IMG/VR virus record: IMGVR_UViG_3300021256_000012
Span: 1,367-65,366 of that record
Source: a virus
Lineage: Duplodnaviria; Caudoviricetes
DNA length: 64,000 bases
Reading direction: 5' to 3' (one strand)
Of this stretch, positions 30,185 through 40,464 are shown piece after piece; positions within the stretch are counted from its first letter, which is position 1; each line of letters begins with the position of its first letter. The notes beneath the pieces are model-generated. The model worked only from the letters and a program-made list of their open reading frames with translations, was not told the DNA's origin and ran no database searches. The position numbers and the translations under genes were made by a program.

Positions 30185-30634
30185 TCAGAATTTTATATGT
30201 AGCTTATCGTCTGCCGCGGCTTCCCATCCGTCTCTATATTTTTGGGGGTCTTTCTCATCGTATATAACCAGCAGATTATTAGGCTGACCATGTTCAATCA
30301 TATAGTCTTTCCATACAGACTTTTCTAAGTCATCCAAAGAAGCATAAAATTTTGCAATAGCTTTCAGCTCGTCAGGGATACAGAAACTATTACTCAGAAT
30401 AATCTCATGTGGGTGTAAGCTATCATAGTTTAAATAGTCAAGATCATATTTACATTCTACGTCGAACCACTCACGCAGAAACTTGGCATACTCAGTAATG
30501 AGCGCCAGTGTCTTACGTTTCTTGAACTCAAGCTTTACCTGACTTAATGCAGTTTCATGATCCATTTCTCTGACTTTAGCCTGAGCTTTGCCTTCTGTAA
30601 TTCGTTTAATTTTAGCTTCGATACTGAAGTTCAT
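30185..30634 (-). CDS. hypothetical protein
   Basis: SD GGAGGGG. Confidence 0.6.
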   Translation of the reverse strand: MNFSIEAKIKRITEGKAQAKVREMDHETALSQVKLEFKKRKTLALITEYAKFLREWFDVECKYDLDYLNYDSLHPHEIILSNSFCIPDELKAIAKFYASLDDLEKSVWKDYMIEHGQPNNLLVIYDEKDPQKYRDGWEAAADDKLHIKF

Positions 30635-30784
30635 CTAAAACCCCTCCATTTCCCTGCGTAGCTTCTCGTCTTCCTTCACAAGCTCAGCAAGCCAGCGCTC
30701 TTCGTCCTGCTTTTCTTTCAGCTCACGCTCGAACTCTTCCTGTCTGCGCTTACGCTCAGCCTCTTTAATGTCTTTCTGTGTCAT
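30635..30784 (-). CDS. 49-aa charged coiled-coil peptide (not in track)
   Basis: SD GGAGG; MTQKDIKEAE...EMEGF. Confidence 0.55.
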   Translation of the reverse strand: MTQKDIKEAERKRRQEEFERELKEKQDEERWLAELVKEDEKLRREMEGF

Positions 30785-31070
30785 TGTATGTTCCTCCGTA
30801 TGGGTAATAATTATCTTCCAATACCTTTACACGTTTTTCTAAATTTTCTATGTAGTCAATCAGTGCATCAAAAATATGACGCTCCTCAACTGAACAATTA
30901 GGACGATGTCCTGCTACGGAAATAAAACCGCCAATAACTGGTCCAGGAATAGGTGTACCACCATGTATAAAATGTTTAAGTTTTTCTAAATTATCGTCCA
31001 TAATCTGTCTCCTAGATCCAAAGCAGCTCAGGATTACCGGTATATCCTTTCTGCCATATGTACCATGCAA
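30765..31070 (-). CDS. hypothetical protein (start probably about 31004)
   Basis: ORF track. Confidence 0.5.
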   Translation of the reverse strand: MHGTYGRKDIPVILSCFGSRRQIMDDNLEKLKHFIHGGTPIPGPVIGGFISVAGHRPNCSVEERHIFDALIDYIENLEKRVKVLEDNYYPYGGTYNDTERH

Positions 31071-31596
31071 AAGCTATGGCACTGTGTGTAACCTGTGCCT
31101 TAGGGTCGTTGTTCTTATCGCACTTAATTCTGAATGAGAACACCGCAACATAGCGCATAGGGTATTTCTCAAAGAAAGCCTTACGCTTGATAGTCTCAAG
31201 GAACTGAAGACGAAGCAACGCACAGCACAGCTCACCGTCCTTAAGCATTTCCAGTGTATGCTCTAAATGCTCCAGTGCCTCATTGTAGGGTGGGTTCATA
31301 ACCACACCCAAAGGTTCTTCAGTAGGACGTACTGCCTGCTTCCAGTCGCATACATAAGTACCGGGAAACCCACGGTCTACAATGTCGTAACAGTACACGG
31401 CGTGCCCTATCAGCTGTAGCATTTTTGCTATATGTCCTGTACCCACTGACGGTTCAATGCAGAGGTATGGAAGACGTAGACCTACAGACTTAAGCGTAGC
31501 AAACAGATGTGCCGTAGCCCTTGGTTCCGTAGCGTAGAAGTCATGATCACCACGATTGTCTTTTGCTCCTAACTGAATGGTCTTGCAGGTTCTCAT
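31012..31596 (-). CDS. amino (N6-adenine or N4-cytosine) DNA methyltransferase
   Basis: DFYATEP, IEPSVGTGHI (motif I), MNPPY (motif IV). Confidence 0.85.
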   Translation of the reverse strand: MRTCKTIQLGAKDNRGDHDFYATEPRATAHLFATLKSVGLRLPYLCIEPSVGTGHIAKMLQLIGHAVYCYDIVDRGFPGTYVCDWKQAVRPTEEPLGVVMNPPYNEALEHLEHTLEMLKDGELCCALLRLQFLETIKRKAFFEKYPMRYVAVFSFRIKCDKNNDPKAQVTHSAIAFAWYIWQKGYTGNPELLWI

Positions 31597-31937
31597 AACT
31601 CCTTCTCCACGGTATCAATTCGTTTACCCAGCCAATGCATAACGTTCACGCACATGGAATTACCGATTGCCTTATAGGCGGCAGTATCTGAATAACCTTC
31701 CACACCGTCGAACCAGTCGTCAGGGAAACCCTGCAGCCTTAGGCACTCAGTAGGTGTCAGCTTGCGTACACGTGTGAGTTTAGTAATATCCCCAAGGTTA
31801 GGAACCTGTGGGTAATGGTGTTTCAGTACATTGCATGGAAACTTCTCAATCTCACAGACACCCTTAAGCTCCCAACCCAAAGGATGCCATGCACATGACG
31901 CTGCTTCAATACCACTGAATAAACTTAAGTATCTCAT
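31593..31937 (-). CDS. internally deleted C5-cytosine methyltransferase (motifs I-III fused to IX-X)
   Basis: LSLFSGIE...GDIT joined directly to RKLTPTECLRLQGFPD...YKAIGNSM. Confidence 0.8.
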   Translation of the reverse strand: MRYLSLFSGIEAASCAWHPLGWELKGVCEIEKFPCNVLKHHYPQVPNLGDITKLTRVRKLTPTECLRLQGFPDDWFDGVEGYSDTAAYKAIGNSMCVNVMHWLGKRIDTVEKEL

Positions 31938-31949
31938 TCTCTGCGTCCT

Positions 31950-32720
31950 CTATTTATAAGTATGATCTGAATGAATACACATACCACCCTCATACAATGG
32001 GCAATATGAACAGAAGCGGTTTTTAGTTGGTATAAACTTATTCATAGCTAACGCTCTCTGTGCGTCGCTCACTGCGTTCAGCAGCTCAAGACATGGGGAG
32101 GACGCAAATTTCAGTGGATCAGTCTCTCTCAGATCTACATCGCTGACGTCAATGGTTTCCTTTATCATATCACCGGAGTCAAGGTAGTCGAAGATAGTTA
32201 TAAACTTGCTGATACCGTAGGTGTCACGTACACATACTGCGTTAGCCTGCAGCTGTAGGGCGTCAGCACCATATTTCTTTCCAGTCTTATGGTCGAAGAT
32301 AATGGCGTTTCCCTTTTCCTTGTTCAGAAGAAGTACGTCAATACGACAGCGCAGAAAATTCTGTGGAGCTTTAGCCCAGTAATCAAGACCATGACCATAG
32401 CCGTCAGTTGCTACACCTACCTCAGTGTGTACCTCGTAGCCATTGGCTATTAAACCTCGTATAATCCCGGTAAACTTATGTGCATGAGGCTGTGACTTGG
32501 CGTCAGTCCACTGTACTGCGTCCCACCCATGGTTGATTGCTGTCTCCATTAAAGCATGGAGCTGTTCACCTCGCTTAGCCTGTTCACTCTGTACGTATGG
32601 TACAGTCTTGTCTATGTTCATAGCCTTGAATTTAGCAGGGCACTGAACAAACGTCTTTAAGTTACTTGGGGAAAATATGAAATTCATTCTTGACTCCTTA
32701 GTATTTATAAAAATGTTCAA
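31950..32720 (-). CDS. PD-(D/E)XK Cas4-like exonuclease
   Basis: RCRIDVL, IFDHKTGK, N-terminal QCP and C-terminal CSYCP...C. Confidence 0.85.
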   Translation of the reverse strand: MNIFINTKESRMNFIFSPSNLKTFVQCPAKFKAMNIDKTVPYVQSEQAKRGEQLHALMETAINHGWDAVQWTDAKSQPHAHKFTGIIRGLIANGYEVHTEVGVATDGYGHGLDYWAKAPQNFLRCRIDVLLLNKEKGNAIIFDHKTGKKYGADALQLQANAVCVRDTYGISKFITIFDYLDSGDMIKETIDVSDVDLRETDPLKFASSPCLELLNAVSDAQRALAMNKFIPTKNRFCSYCPLYEGGMCIHSDHTYK

Positions 32721-33192
32721 ACGCTATGGTATCTATTACTTCATATGGTTTTAACAAAGTTTCACAACTGTATTTTGTAATAGCTTTCATTATCACGTCG
32801 TTGAAATACTCAGGCGTTGCATTTCTATACCAATCATAAGCGTGTAAATTCAATCTCCATACATGCGGATAGAAGGCGTCACGTCGTATGCAGTCTATAA
32901 AATCGTCCGCATTATTCTTATCAATTACGAATGTGTGCATACCCGCGGCACGTGCGTTCTGCATTTCCAGTATCTGAAGAACCGTAGGCCATGTAGACAA
33001 CGCCGTTTTGTTATTCTTGTCAAAGCGCATCTCAGCCTTGAACTCAATAAAGCATGGCACGTTATTAAACATCATAAAATCATCTGGTATACCGCGACGA
33101 CCTATGCCCTGCTGATTAACCGGAAAGGTATATATCCCACAGTCATGCAGTACCTTGCGTACCTTAGACTTGACAGCTCCCTCAGGTGTCAT
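32698..33192 (-). CDS. VRR-NUC domain nuclease
   Basis: MTPEGAVK...GIPD...FIEFKA...LQ. Confidence 0.8.
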   Translation of the reverse strand: MTPEGAVKSKVRKVLHDCGIYTFPVNQQGIGRRGIPDDFMMFNNVPCFIEFKAEMRFDKNNKTALSTWPTVLQILEMQNARAAGMHTFVIDKNNADDFIDCIRRDAFYPHVWRLNLHAYDWYRNATPEYFNDVIMKAITKYSCETLLKPYEVIDTIAFEHFYKY

Positions 33193-33599
33193 TGTTCAAC
33201 CTCCTGCCCCTGTAGCCTATCCTTCTCAAGAGACTGAAGAGTACGATACTTACGGTAGGTATCAAGTGAGCGTGGCAGTACACAGCGGTATACTTCCTGC
33301 TTAGGATCGTAAATAAACTGTAACTGCATTGAACGAATAAAGAGCTTGCCCTTCTGATAACGCATAGAAATAGCGAAGTCAGGGAACAGGTTTCTCATAT
33401 AGGTACGTCCAAAATACATGGACTGAGGGCTGCGCATTTTCTGCTCCTCAGGGTTATATGGACGTGGAATCAGTACAAGCTCAAGCTTGTCGTAGTAGCT
33501 CTTTACTTTCAAATCGTAAATCATTCCGTAACGGAGGCTCACACGCACCATGCCGGAGCTGGTAAGCGAGCCAAGCAGTCGGCTATATTCAACTTTCAT
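33189..33599 (-). CDS. hypothetical protein
   Basis: Coupled ORF. Confidence 0.6.
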   Translation of the reverse strand: MKVEYSRLLGSLTSSGMVRVSLRYGMIYDLKVKSYYDKLELVLIPRPYNPEEQKMRSPQSMYFGRTYMRNLFPDFAISMRYQKGKLFIRSMQLQFIYDPKQEVYRCVLPRSLDTYRKYRTLQSLEKDRLQGQEVEQ

Positions 33600-36558
33600 T
33601 TACATCACCTTTCAATTTAAAAACATAAACTCTCTGAGAACTCTGTGGCAATGCGGTTACTTCCTTACCCAGCACCGCACGTTTGTTGTCTGTGTCAGGA
33701 GGTATCAGCCCCTTGCTCTTAAGGTCGGAAAGCATAACGTCAAGAGAAATCAGTCGGCTCTTACACCATGCAGTCAGTGCCCTGGTCGATACGTAAACAG
33801 TATTTGTAAGCAGCTCACGACGGATCAGCAGAGCCTTGACAGGTAGCTGTACAATGTAAGGATCAATAGAAGGACCGCTGAAGGACAGTCCCTCAGGCTT
33901 GATAGTGTCCTTCACCTGCATGAAGTCTCTGCGGGTATGAGCCTGAACTATCAGTGTGGAGCTCAGGTTGTCATTCAGGAAGTCAGTCAGCAGGTTGCTT
34001 CCGGTTGGAGCCTCGGTCTTCACCTTCTCACGTAGGGAAGGCAATAGGGTATTGACACAGTAGTCAGTCAGTGCGTCCATGTCATAGTTCAGAAGACCAC
34101 GGGCACAGGCAATACGTCCTGCTATCAGTGGAATTGCTATACCATACAACCAGAAGCGCTCGTCAGCGGAGCGTGTGTAGCGGTTGGCAAACTGTTCAGC
34201 ATAGTCACCTACAACCTGTCCGATATTAGGCTGTCTCATAATGAAAGATATAAAGTCCTGACCTGCAAGCCCATAGTTATCTCTAGCGGCGCTCAGAGCT
34301 GCGTTAATCTCAAGTGCCTCAGGTCTGCCGGAGTAGTCCTTGAAGTCACATACAGCCTCTATCACACGCATACATGTAGCCTGCGACTGTACTCTATAAC
34401 TCTTCAGTGCCTCGTACATGGACTGGTTGGAAGTGAACACGGTCACGGTGTCCCAGTGTCCTGACTGTGCAAGTCCTGTACCAGTGGAAGTGGAACGTGC
34501 CTTCTCCTTACCGTTCACAATGTCATACAGCATGGAGGCAGTCTCGTCGTCACTGATACCAGTCATCTCGTCAATGAGAATAGGAATGTTACGATACACT
34601 GAATACTGTTGGAAACGTGCGGCATGGGTGTCGGTTCTGCCCATAAGCATCTGCTGTGGATCACCCCATACAGAAGCCAGTGCCTTGAGTAGAGAGGACT
34701 TACCCTTACCGCCCTGTGGTTCCCATGAGCTGAAGGCTACGTTGGTGGCTGTACCTAAACCGAACTTCATCAGCGGAGCTCCGAAGGCGGCGCACATTAA
34801 GAGCTGTGCGAACTTCTGATCGAGGGTCTTGTACAGAGCTGGAACTTTCTTCCACTCCTCCAGCGAACCCTTGGTTCTAATCTTCTGTGCCACGCTGGCA
34901 GCACGGTCGTCAAGTCTGACGTCAGTGGTACCGTGCTTCGTGTACATCTGTGAGCCTATGATAAAGCCTGGGTAAACCTCGCCTGTGGTTCTATCAGTAC
35001 AGTCAACCCAGCCGAAGTGGTTGCGCACGTAAACCTCAGGCAGTTTGTTCTGAATAGATGCAAGATAGGTATTCATAAAATTAAAAAAGTCCTTCTTGTA
35101 ACGTGGGTGTGGCAGCAGACCGCACTGTGCTGCCCACATTTCAATCTTCTGTGAACCCAGTGAGTCCTCCACGTTGAACGGAATATCCACAGGGGCGCAG
35201 CCTGGAACAACCTTGCGTACTATGTAGGTACGCTGTGGCATGGTCTTGTCTATGGTATTCACACACAGTGTGTGGATATAAATCTCGTTTTCAGTAATCT
35301 GTACCGAGTGCGGTATGTCGTTGTCGTCGTACTCGGTCTTGAATATCCCCTGTCCGGGTGAGACTTTATAGGTCTCATCATAGTAGGGGGTATAGAGAAC
35401 TTTCTCCTGTGTGGCGGTGACCGGAAGCATACCCATGGTGAAGTCAGCCTTTACAATATTTGACTTGGGCATTTCCACAGCCTTAGGTTTAGCCATGACA
35501 GCAAGCGACCATGGAGTCTTGACCTTGCCACGGAACGGACAGCCCTCACACCCCTTTGGGTTCTCCCTTGCAAGAGTCTCGCAGGTGCATGGACCTATGC
35601 TCATGTCAGCACGCAGAGCGTCTATCTGTGCCTGGCAATTAGTAGCGTCGTACTTGCGTCCGTTACGTTTGGAGAGTAAATGTATAAGCTCGTCGGTGGC
35701 TGTGGTATGCAGCAGTACACGAATACTCTGATACCATGCGCCGTAGGGACTTGCACCCATATCACGGATCTGCCTGCACTTGATAATCATCTGTTCAGGC
35801 GAACGTGGTGGCAAGTCCTTTGGAATGGTGGTGAACTCTGAACCAAAAGAAAGACCTTCTACGGACATGTGTTGAGTCGAGGTTGTGTTGATGGGTGCCG
35901 TAGAAGGTGTTAAGTTATAGCGTTTCTGTAGCACTGCGAGAACCTTAGCCATCAGTTCAGGTGTGCATGGTTTGGTTCTGCGCAGTACACGTACAGGTTT
36001 TGGAGTGTTCTTTAAATTCTGTGTGCCAGGAACTCTGAGCACGGAAGCTGCGTCAGTGGTACGGTGATGATCAGCCTTCAGATTCTGAGCGTCACACACT
36101 TTACGCAGCATGTTTGCCATGGCTTTCCATAACTTTGTTGGAACGTCACGGGTAAATGTCCAGTATAGGTGGAAACCATTACCAGAGTCCACGACCATAG
36201 GCCATGGTAGACCTGTGGTTTTCAGGAACGCACCGAGTGCCTGCATAGCCTCGGTCTTACTGGCGTATGCCTGCTCTCCATTGGTGGCTTTCCCTCCGTC
36301 ACAGTCAAGGTCAAGCCATAGCGCACGCTGATACTCTGCCATGTTCGCCTTGCGTGAAAACTTCCCCTCAACACGGAAAGACGACAGGGCAAAGTATACG
36401 TTAGCATGGGTGGCATTGGACTTGGCGTATGACGCAGCTGTAGCTATATCAACGAACGGCATGTTACTTGCGTATTTGCTCTCTCTGCTCAATGTCGTGA
36501 TACAGTACATACCCTGCGACGGAAGTACCGCACGCAGGAAGTCTACAACCTCGTCCAT
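33589..36558 (-). CDS. primase-helicase (N-terminal primase, DUF927-like region, P-loop)
   Basis: LWLDLDC, VDSGNGFHLYW, RVPGT; Walker A GGKGKS, Walker B ILIDE. Confidence 0.9.
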   Translation of the reverse strand: MDEVVDFLRAVLPSQGMYCITTLSRESKYASNMPFVDIATAASYAKSNATHANVYFALSSFRVEGKFSRKANMAEYQRALWLDLDCDGGKATNGEQAYASKTEAMQALGAFLKTTGLPWPMVVDSGNGFHLYWTFTRDVPTKLWKAMANMLRKVCDAQNLKADHHRTTDAASVLRVPGTQNLKNTPKPVRVLRRTKPCTPELMAKVLAVLQKRYNLTPSTAPINTTSTQHMSVEGLSFGSEFTTIPKDLPPRSPEQMIIKCRQIRDMGASPYGAWYQSIRVLLHTTATDELIHLLSKRNGRKYDATNCQAQIDALRADMSIGPCTCETLARENPKGCEGCPFRGKVKTPWSLAVMAKPKAVEMPKSNIVKADFTMGMLPVTATQEKVLYTPYYDETYKVSPGQGIFKTEYDDNDIPHSVQITENEIYIHTLCVNTIDKTMPQRTYIVRKVVPGCAPVDIPFNVEDSLGSQKIEMWAAQCGLLPHPRYKKDFFNFMNTYLASIQNKLPEVYVRNHFGWVDCTDRTTGEVYPGFIIGSQMYTKHGTTDVRLDDRAASVAQKIRTKGSLEEWKKVPALYKTLDQKFAQLLMCAAFGAPLMKFGLGTATNVAFSSWEPQGGKGKSSLLKALASVWGDPQQMLMGRTDTHAARFQQYSVYRNIPILIDEMTGISDDETASMLYDIVNGKEKARSTSTGTGLAQSGHWDTVTVFTSNQSMYEALKSYRVQSQATCMRVIEAVCDFKDYSGRPEALEINAALSAARDNYGLAGQDFISFIMRQPNIGQVVGDYAEQFANRYTRSADERFWLYGIAIPLIAGRIACARGLLNYDMDALTDYCVNTLLPSLREKVKTEAPTGSNLLTDFLNDNLSSTLIVQAHTRRDFMQVKDTIKPEGLSFSGPSIDPYIVQLPVKALLIRRELLTNTVYVSTRALTAWCKSRLISLDVMLSDLKSKGLIPPDTDNKRAVLGKEVTALPQSSQRVYVFKLKGDVNES

Positions 36559-36568
36559 GGTTCCCCAC

Positions 36569-36865
36569 TTAATTCTGTTTGTTTGCGATTATCCAGTTAT
36601 CATATAGTTCTTTTATCTGCTCAAGCTCATGTTCCCTATCAATACACTCAGGGTAGTCACCTGTCGCCAGTGCTTCCTTTAGGCATTCAACCAGACCTTC
36701 GATAGTCTCACGCATCATCTGTCTTGCGCCTGGGTTTTTAATAGTCAGAAAGAACCCCGGATAATGCAGACCGATACTATCGTAGGCAATGTTGTGATTG
36801 AAGCCTGACAGGTCAAGCACGTAAGCTAACTCAGTTAGCAGTTCTTCATCTGTCAGACGTTTCAT
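36569..36865 (-). CDS. hypothetical protein
   Basis: ORF track. Confidence 0.6.
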   Translation of the reverse strand: MKRLTDEELLTELAYVLDLSGFNHNIAYDSIGLHYPGFFLTIKNPGARQMMRETIEGLVECLKEALATGDYPECIDREHELEQIKELYDNWIIANKQN

Positions 36866-36874
36866 ACGCTACCC

Positions 36875-37870
36875 CTATAGAGCTGCGGCTTCAGCTAAGA
36901 TTTTCATCAGCTGGTCGTCAGCAGCAGGATCATCTGAAGTAATAACCTGTGGTTCAGGTGCTACAGGTGCCTGTGGTGCTACCTGAGGCTGAGGTGCAGG
37001 CTGCTGTACCGGTGCCTGAGGGGCTGGAGCAGGTTGTGGAGCAGGTTGTGGAGCAGGTTGAGGTGCAACCTGTGGCTGTGCTACGGTCTGCTGAACAGGT
37101 GCTGGCTGTGGCTGTGGAGCGGCTGGCTGAGCTGAAGGCTCAGTGCCGTCAATCAGTGTAACCTTCAGTAAGTCGTGAACTTCAGTAGACTTAGCCTTCT
37201 CAATTACCTGACCTAAGATAGGCTGTGGAAGAATAGCAGGAGCACTGCCGTTGCGACCTGGAATAAAGCGTACAGTTGGAACTGACTGACGCATGTCAAA
37301 GATTACACGGACAAATACAAGACAAGGTGGAATACCCTGCTTTGCACACCAGCGCCTGAATGAGCTGTAGGACATGGCAGGTGTACCGTCTGACAGCATA
37401 ATGTCGTCACCATATAGAGACATTGAACCAATGTCAAATACAACAGGTTCCATCTTCAGCTGGTTGGTATTAGGATCAATGATTGCGATCACAGCACGGT
37501 GAGCGCGTGAGTAACCTAAACGACCGGTAGCGTCCTTAGTCAGTGCGGCAGGTGGAACAACCAGTGGTGCGTCCTGACCCTGTAACCATACAGCGGTAGG
37601 CTTAACGTCTTCCTGTGTAGGATCATACTTGCCTGCATAATATGTGCAGTGGTCGGTAGGTGCGTCAGCCAGGATAACACAGTCCAGCTTGTCTGCGCTG
37701 ATCATTTCAGCTACTGAACCTGTCTTCAGAGAGAAGCGGTTACCCTTCAGTGAGATACGTGAGAAGGAATCACCGAAAGACTCACCGAAGTTACCCTGTA
37801 ACTCTGTGATCTGCTGAGCAAGCTCAGCTGGTAAGCCATAGTTCTGTAAAGCAACTAAATCGTATGCCAT
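36875..37870 (-). CDS. single-stranded DNA-binding / annealing protein
   Basis: FSRISLKGNRF N-terminal domain, P/Q-rich linker, acidic tail; replication module. Confidence 0.6.
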   Translation of the reverse strand: MAYDLVALQNYGLPAELAQQITELQGNFGESFGDSFSRISLKGNRFSLKTGSVAEMISADKLDCVILADAPTDHCTYYAGKYDPTQEDVKPTAVWLQGQDAPLVVPPAALTKDATGRLGYSRAHRAVIAIIDPNTNQLKMEPVVFDIGSMSLYGDDIMLSDGTPAMSYSSFRRWCAKQGIPPCLVFVRVIFDMRQSVPTVRFIPGRNGSAPAILPQPILGQVIEKAKSTEVHDLLKVTLIDGTEPSAQPAAPQPQPAPVQQTVAQPQVAPQPAPQPAPQPAPAPQAPVQQPAPQPQVAPQAPVAPEPQVITSDDPAADDQLMKILAEAAAL

Positions 37871-37883
37871 AATAAACTCCTAG

Positions 37884-38348
37884 TTATTTTTTGCGAACGG
37901 AAATATCAATGTTATCAACAAGGCGAAGTCCAAGCTTGTCAGCCTCGTCGATAGTATTCTGTGCGTTGACGTCCATCTCTTCGTCTTCCTTAAGACCGAG
38001 ACGAGCATGGATTAAATCGAGAACTGTGGTCTTGGCAACGGTACGCTGCAGTAGCAGTCCGTCCTGTAAAGGACGACCCTCTTCCTTAGCCTTGACCATG
38101 AGTGCAAACATAGCTTCCTGCAATTTGTTGTGGTCGGTGACCTCTGCACGTACACTATGTTTCTTGAAGATTGTGTAACCCCCTTCAGCGAGGGAGTCCA
38201 GTCCGTGAGCGTTAAGCTCTGCCAGCATTTCAGCTTTAAGCTGTGTTTCCTTGTCCTTTAAAACCTGTGCCTGTTTCTCAAATTTAGCACGAGCTTCACG
38301 GACATTATTGTAAAGTTCAATTTTATCCTTTAACATAATAAGTAACAC
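37884..38348 (-). CDS. replication-module hypothetical protein
   Basis: Coiled N-terminus, LLQRTV motif. Confidence 0.6.
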   Translation of the reverse strand: MLLIMLKDKIELYNNVREARAKFEKQAQVLKDKETQLKAEMLAELNAHGLDSLAEGGYTIFKKHSVRAEVTDHNKLQEAMFALMVKAKEEGRPLQDGLLLQRTVAKTTVLDLIHARLGLKEDEEMDVNAQNTIDEADKLGLRLVDNIDISVRKK

Positions 38349-38405
38349 CCCTCTGTATCTATTAGATTAAGTCTTAACAAACTCCTTGTCAATATTTAAA
38401 AATTA

Positions 38406-40202
38406 CTATGCAACACCTGTCACAGATTTAAACAAATCAGCTACCACCGCAGCCTGTGACTGACCCTCAATCAGTGCCAGGAATACCTTGCGCTCCTCAG
38501 TACAGGAATAAACCTGAGCTATGGTAATCTGCTTGGCTCTCTGTTTCAGTGAGCTTAGACGCTCAACTGCCTGACCAAACACGAAGTCACCAGACAGCGG
38601 AGCACCATCGAATATCATCATATCGGCTGACGCCAACTCCACACCGAACGCTGTAGTTCTTGGGTGTGCAATCAGTACATCCACTGTACTCTGCCCCTTA
38701 GGCTCATACTGGAACGCACGGAATATCTCTGTACGTTTCTTTTCAGAGGTTGAACCGTCAACCACGGCGCACTTCACACCTTTGCTGTGGAGGTCGTCAT
38801 AAAGTTTCTGTATCGCACCAGTGAACGCAGAGAAGATAACCGTCTTACCGGTTGCCTCCCCTATCAGTTCCATAATCTCATTGACACGCTCGGTGTTGTC
38901 CAGCTTCAATGTCTCACCGCTGTCTGAATACACCGCACCACAGGCACACTGCATAAGCTTGGAGACAAGCACACTCTTCTGCTGAGCTGTGATAATATCA
39001 CCGCTGTCGGCACTTGCTCTCATATCCTCACGCAGCCTGTCCATAAGCTTGCGCTGTGCAGGGGACTGTTCTATCTGTCTGCCGATATAGACCACAGGTG
39101 GCAGGTCGAAGAGGTCATCCTTTCTGAACAATACCGCAGGAGAGAGTGCCTGCTTTATAAGCATAGGCGCACAGTCCTTGTTCTTCCACTGCCATGCCTG
39201 CTGCCCCCAGCGGTACTGTGTAAGGTCACGCCATGCATACAGGGTTTTGCACGCTACAGCCTCAGGGTTGATAAGCTTGCTCATGGCAAAGGCTTTCAAC
39301 GGATCATATCCAGGTGTACCTGTCAGTCCCCACACATACGACGGTTTAATATCATTGATAAAAGTCTTGATAGCTTTCGACCTGTTGGAACTGGCATTTG
39401 CATAGTGAGTACACTCGTCAATAACAATGGCGTCTGGCTTGAACTGCCTCCACTCCTCAGGGTGCAGCTTCAGACTCTCGAAGTTGGTACACAATATATC
39501 CGCATGCGTACCAAAAGCTTTCAGTCGCTGTGCTTTCGTACCCGTCACCGCCTTGGCAATGTGCCGTGGCATGGTAGTACGCAGTGCGTCCACCCATACA
39601 GGACGGACACAGGACAGCGGCGCAATAATCATCGCCCTCTGTATCTGCTGTGTTCTGAACAGATATTCCAATGCAAGCATGGTGGAACCTGTCTTGCCTG
39701 TTCTCATGGTGGAAAGGTCGAAGGCTCTGCGGTGGTGAGACTTGAAGTAGGCCGCGTCTATCTGATGTTCCATAGGTGCATAGCGTCCCTCAATCCTTAC
39801 ATCAGCGAGCATGCCTTTGAACCTCTCCCTCTCAGCAGGGTCAATCTCTACAACAGGTTTCTTATGATTTGCTCCCATATTATTACTGGGAGTGTTAAGG
39901 GTCTTAGGTGCGCCATAGGTCTCAGTCACCAGCTTTGCAAGACGGGTAGCATCCAGGAGCATGGTAACTTCCATGTTCTTCTGCGCACAGAAACGTACCT
40001 TACTTGTCTCATGCAGCACCATGAGCGCGTCGCCTGAGTTATCCATGGCGTAACGTACATGGGAATTACTTACAGTAACCAGGAACTTTCCCTGCTGCAG
40101 ATCGAACAGGAACTGTGTCTCAGCTCTGGTTTTACTGAGCACCTGGTTGTGCGGTATTCTGAACACATACCACACACTGTCTTTAATGAATAATGAAATC
40201 AT
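38406..40202 (-). CDS. SNF2-like superfamily 2 helicase
   Basis: MRTGKTG, IVIDECT, LTGTP, AFGVEL. Confidence 0.9.
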   Translation of the reverse strand: MISLFIKDSVWYVFRIPHNQVLSKTRAETQFLFDLQQGKFLVTVSNSHVRYAMDNSGDALMVLHETSKVRFCAQKNMEVTMLLDATRLAKLVTETYGAPKTLNTPSNNMGANHKKPVVEIDPAERERFKGMLADVRIEGRYAPMEHQIDAAYFKSHHRRAFDLSTMRTGKTGSTMLALEYLFRTQQIQRAMIIAPLSCVRPVWVDALRTTMPRHIAKAVTGTKAQRLKAFGTHADILCTNFESLKLHPEEWRQFKPDAIVIDECTHYANASSNRSKAIKTFINDIKPSYVWGLTGTPGYDPLKAFAMSKLINPEAVACKTLYAWRDLTQYRWGQQAWQWKNKDCAPMLIKQALSPAVLFRKDDLFDLPPVVYIGRQIEQSPAQRKLMDRLREDMRASADSGDIITAQQKSVLVSKLMQCACGAVYSDSGETLKLDNTERVNEIMELIGEATGKTVIFSAFTGAIQKLYDDLHSKGVKCAVVDGSTSEKKRTEIFRAFQYEPKGQSTVDVLIAHPRTTAFGVELASADMMIFDGAPLSGDFVFGQAVERLSSLKQRAKQITIAQVYSCTEERKVFLALIEGQSQAAVVADLFKSVTGVA

Positions 40203-40296
40203 AAAAAACCTTACGCTGAATAAAAACTAGCCTATGCGAATGTGAATTTAAAGCTGTGTTTTTGAACACTCACTGACGGTGCATAGGCTAGGGAAA

Positions 40297-40464
40297 TCAT
40301 TTATGTAATAGCTTCCTTAGTTCTGCATTCTCATGGGCTAAGCGGTTACAGGTATATGCGTATGACTCCAGGCTGTCGGATAAAGTCTTAATGCTATAGG
40401 ACTGAATGAATACTACACCCATAAGTCCGGCAATAATTATTAAAGCTACAACATTGAGTATCAT
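40297..40464 (-). CDS. 55-aa membrane-anchored peptide (not in track)
   Basis: ATGA coupling; N-terminal TM helix then coiled coil. Confidence 0.55.
   Translation of the reverse strand: MILNVVALIIIAGLMGVVFIQSYSIKTLSDSLESYAYTCNRLAHENAELRKLLHK

Noticed and set aside
31950-32720. CRISPR-Cas link of the Cas4-like nuclease
   Set aside because: No repeat-spacer array or other cas genes; such exonucleases are standard in phage replication modules.
36990-37130. 12-bp tandem repeats in SSB (similar to scaffold 1361-1390) as a repeat array
   Set aside because: They encode PAPQ linkers; no spacers.
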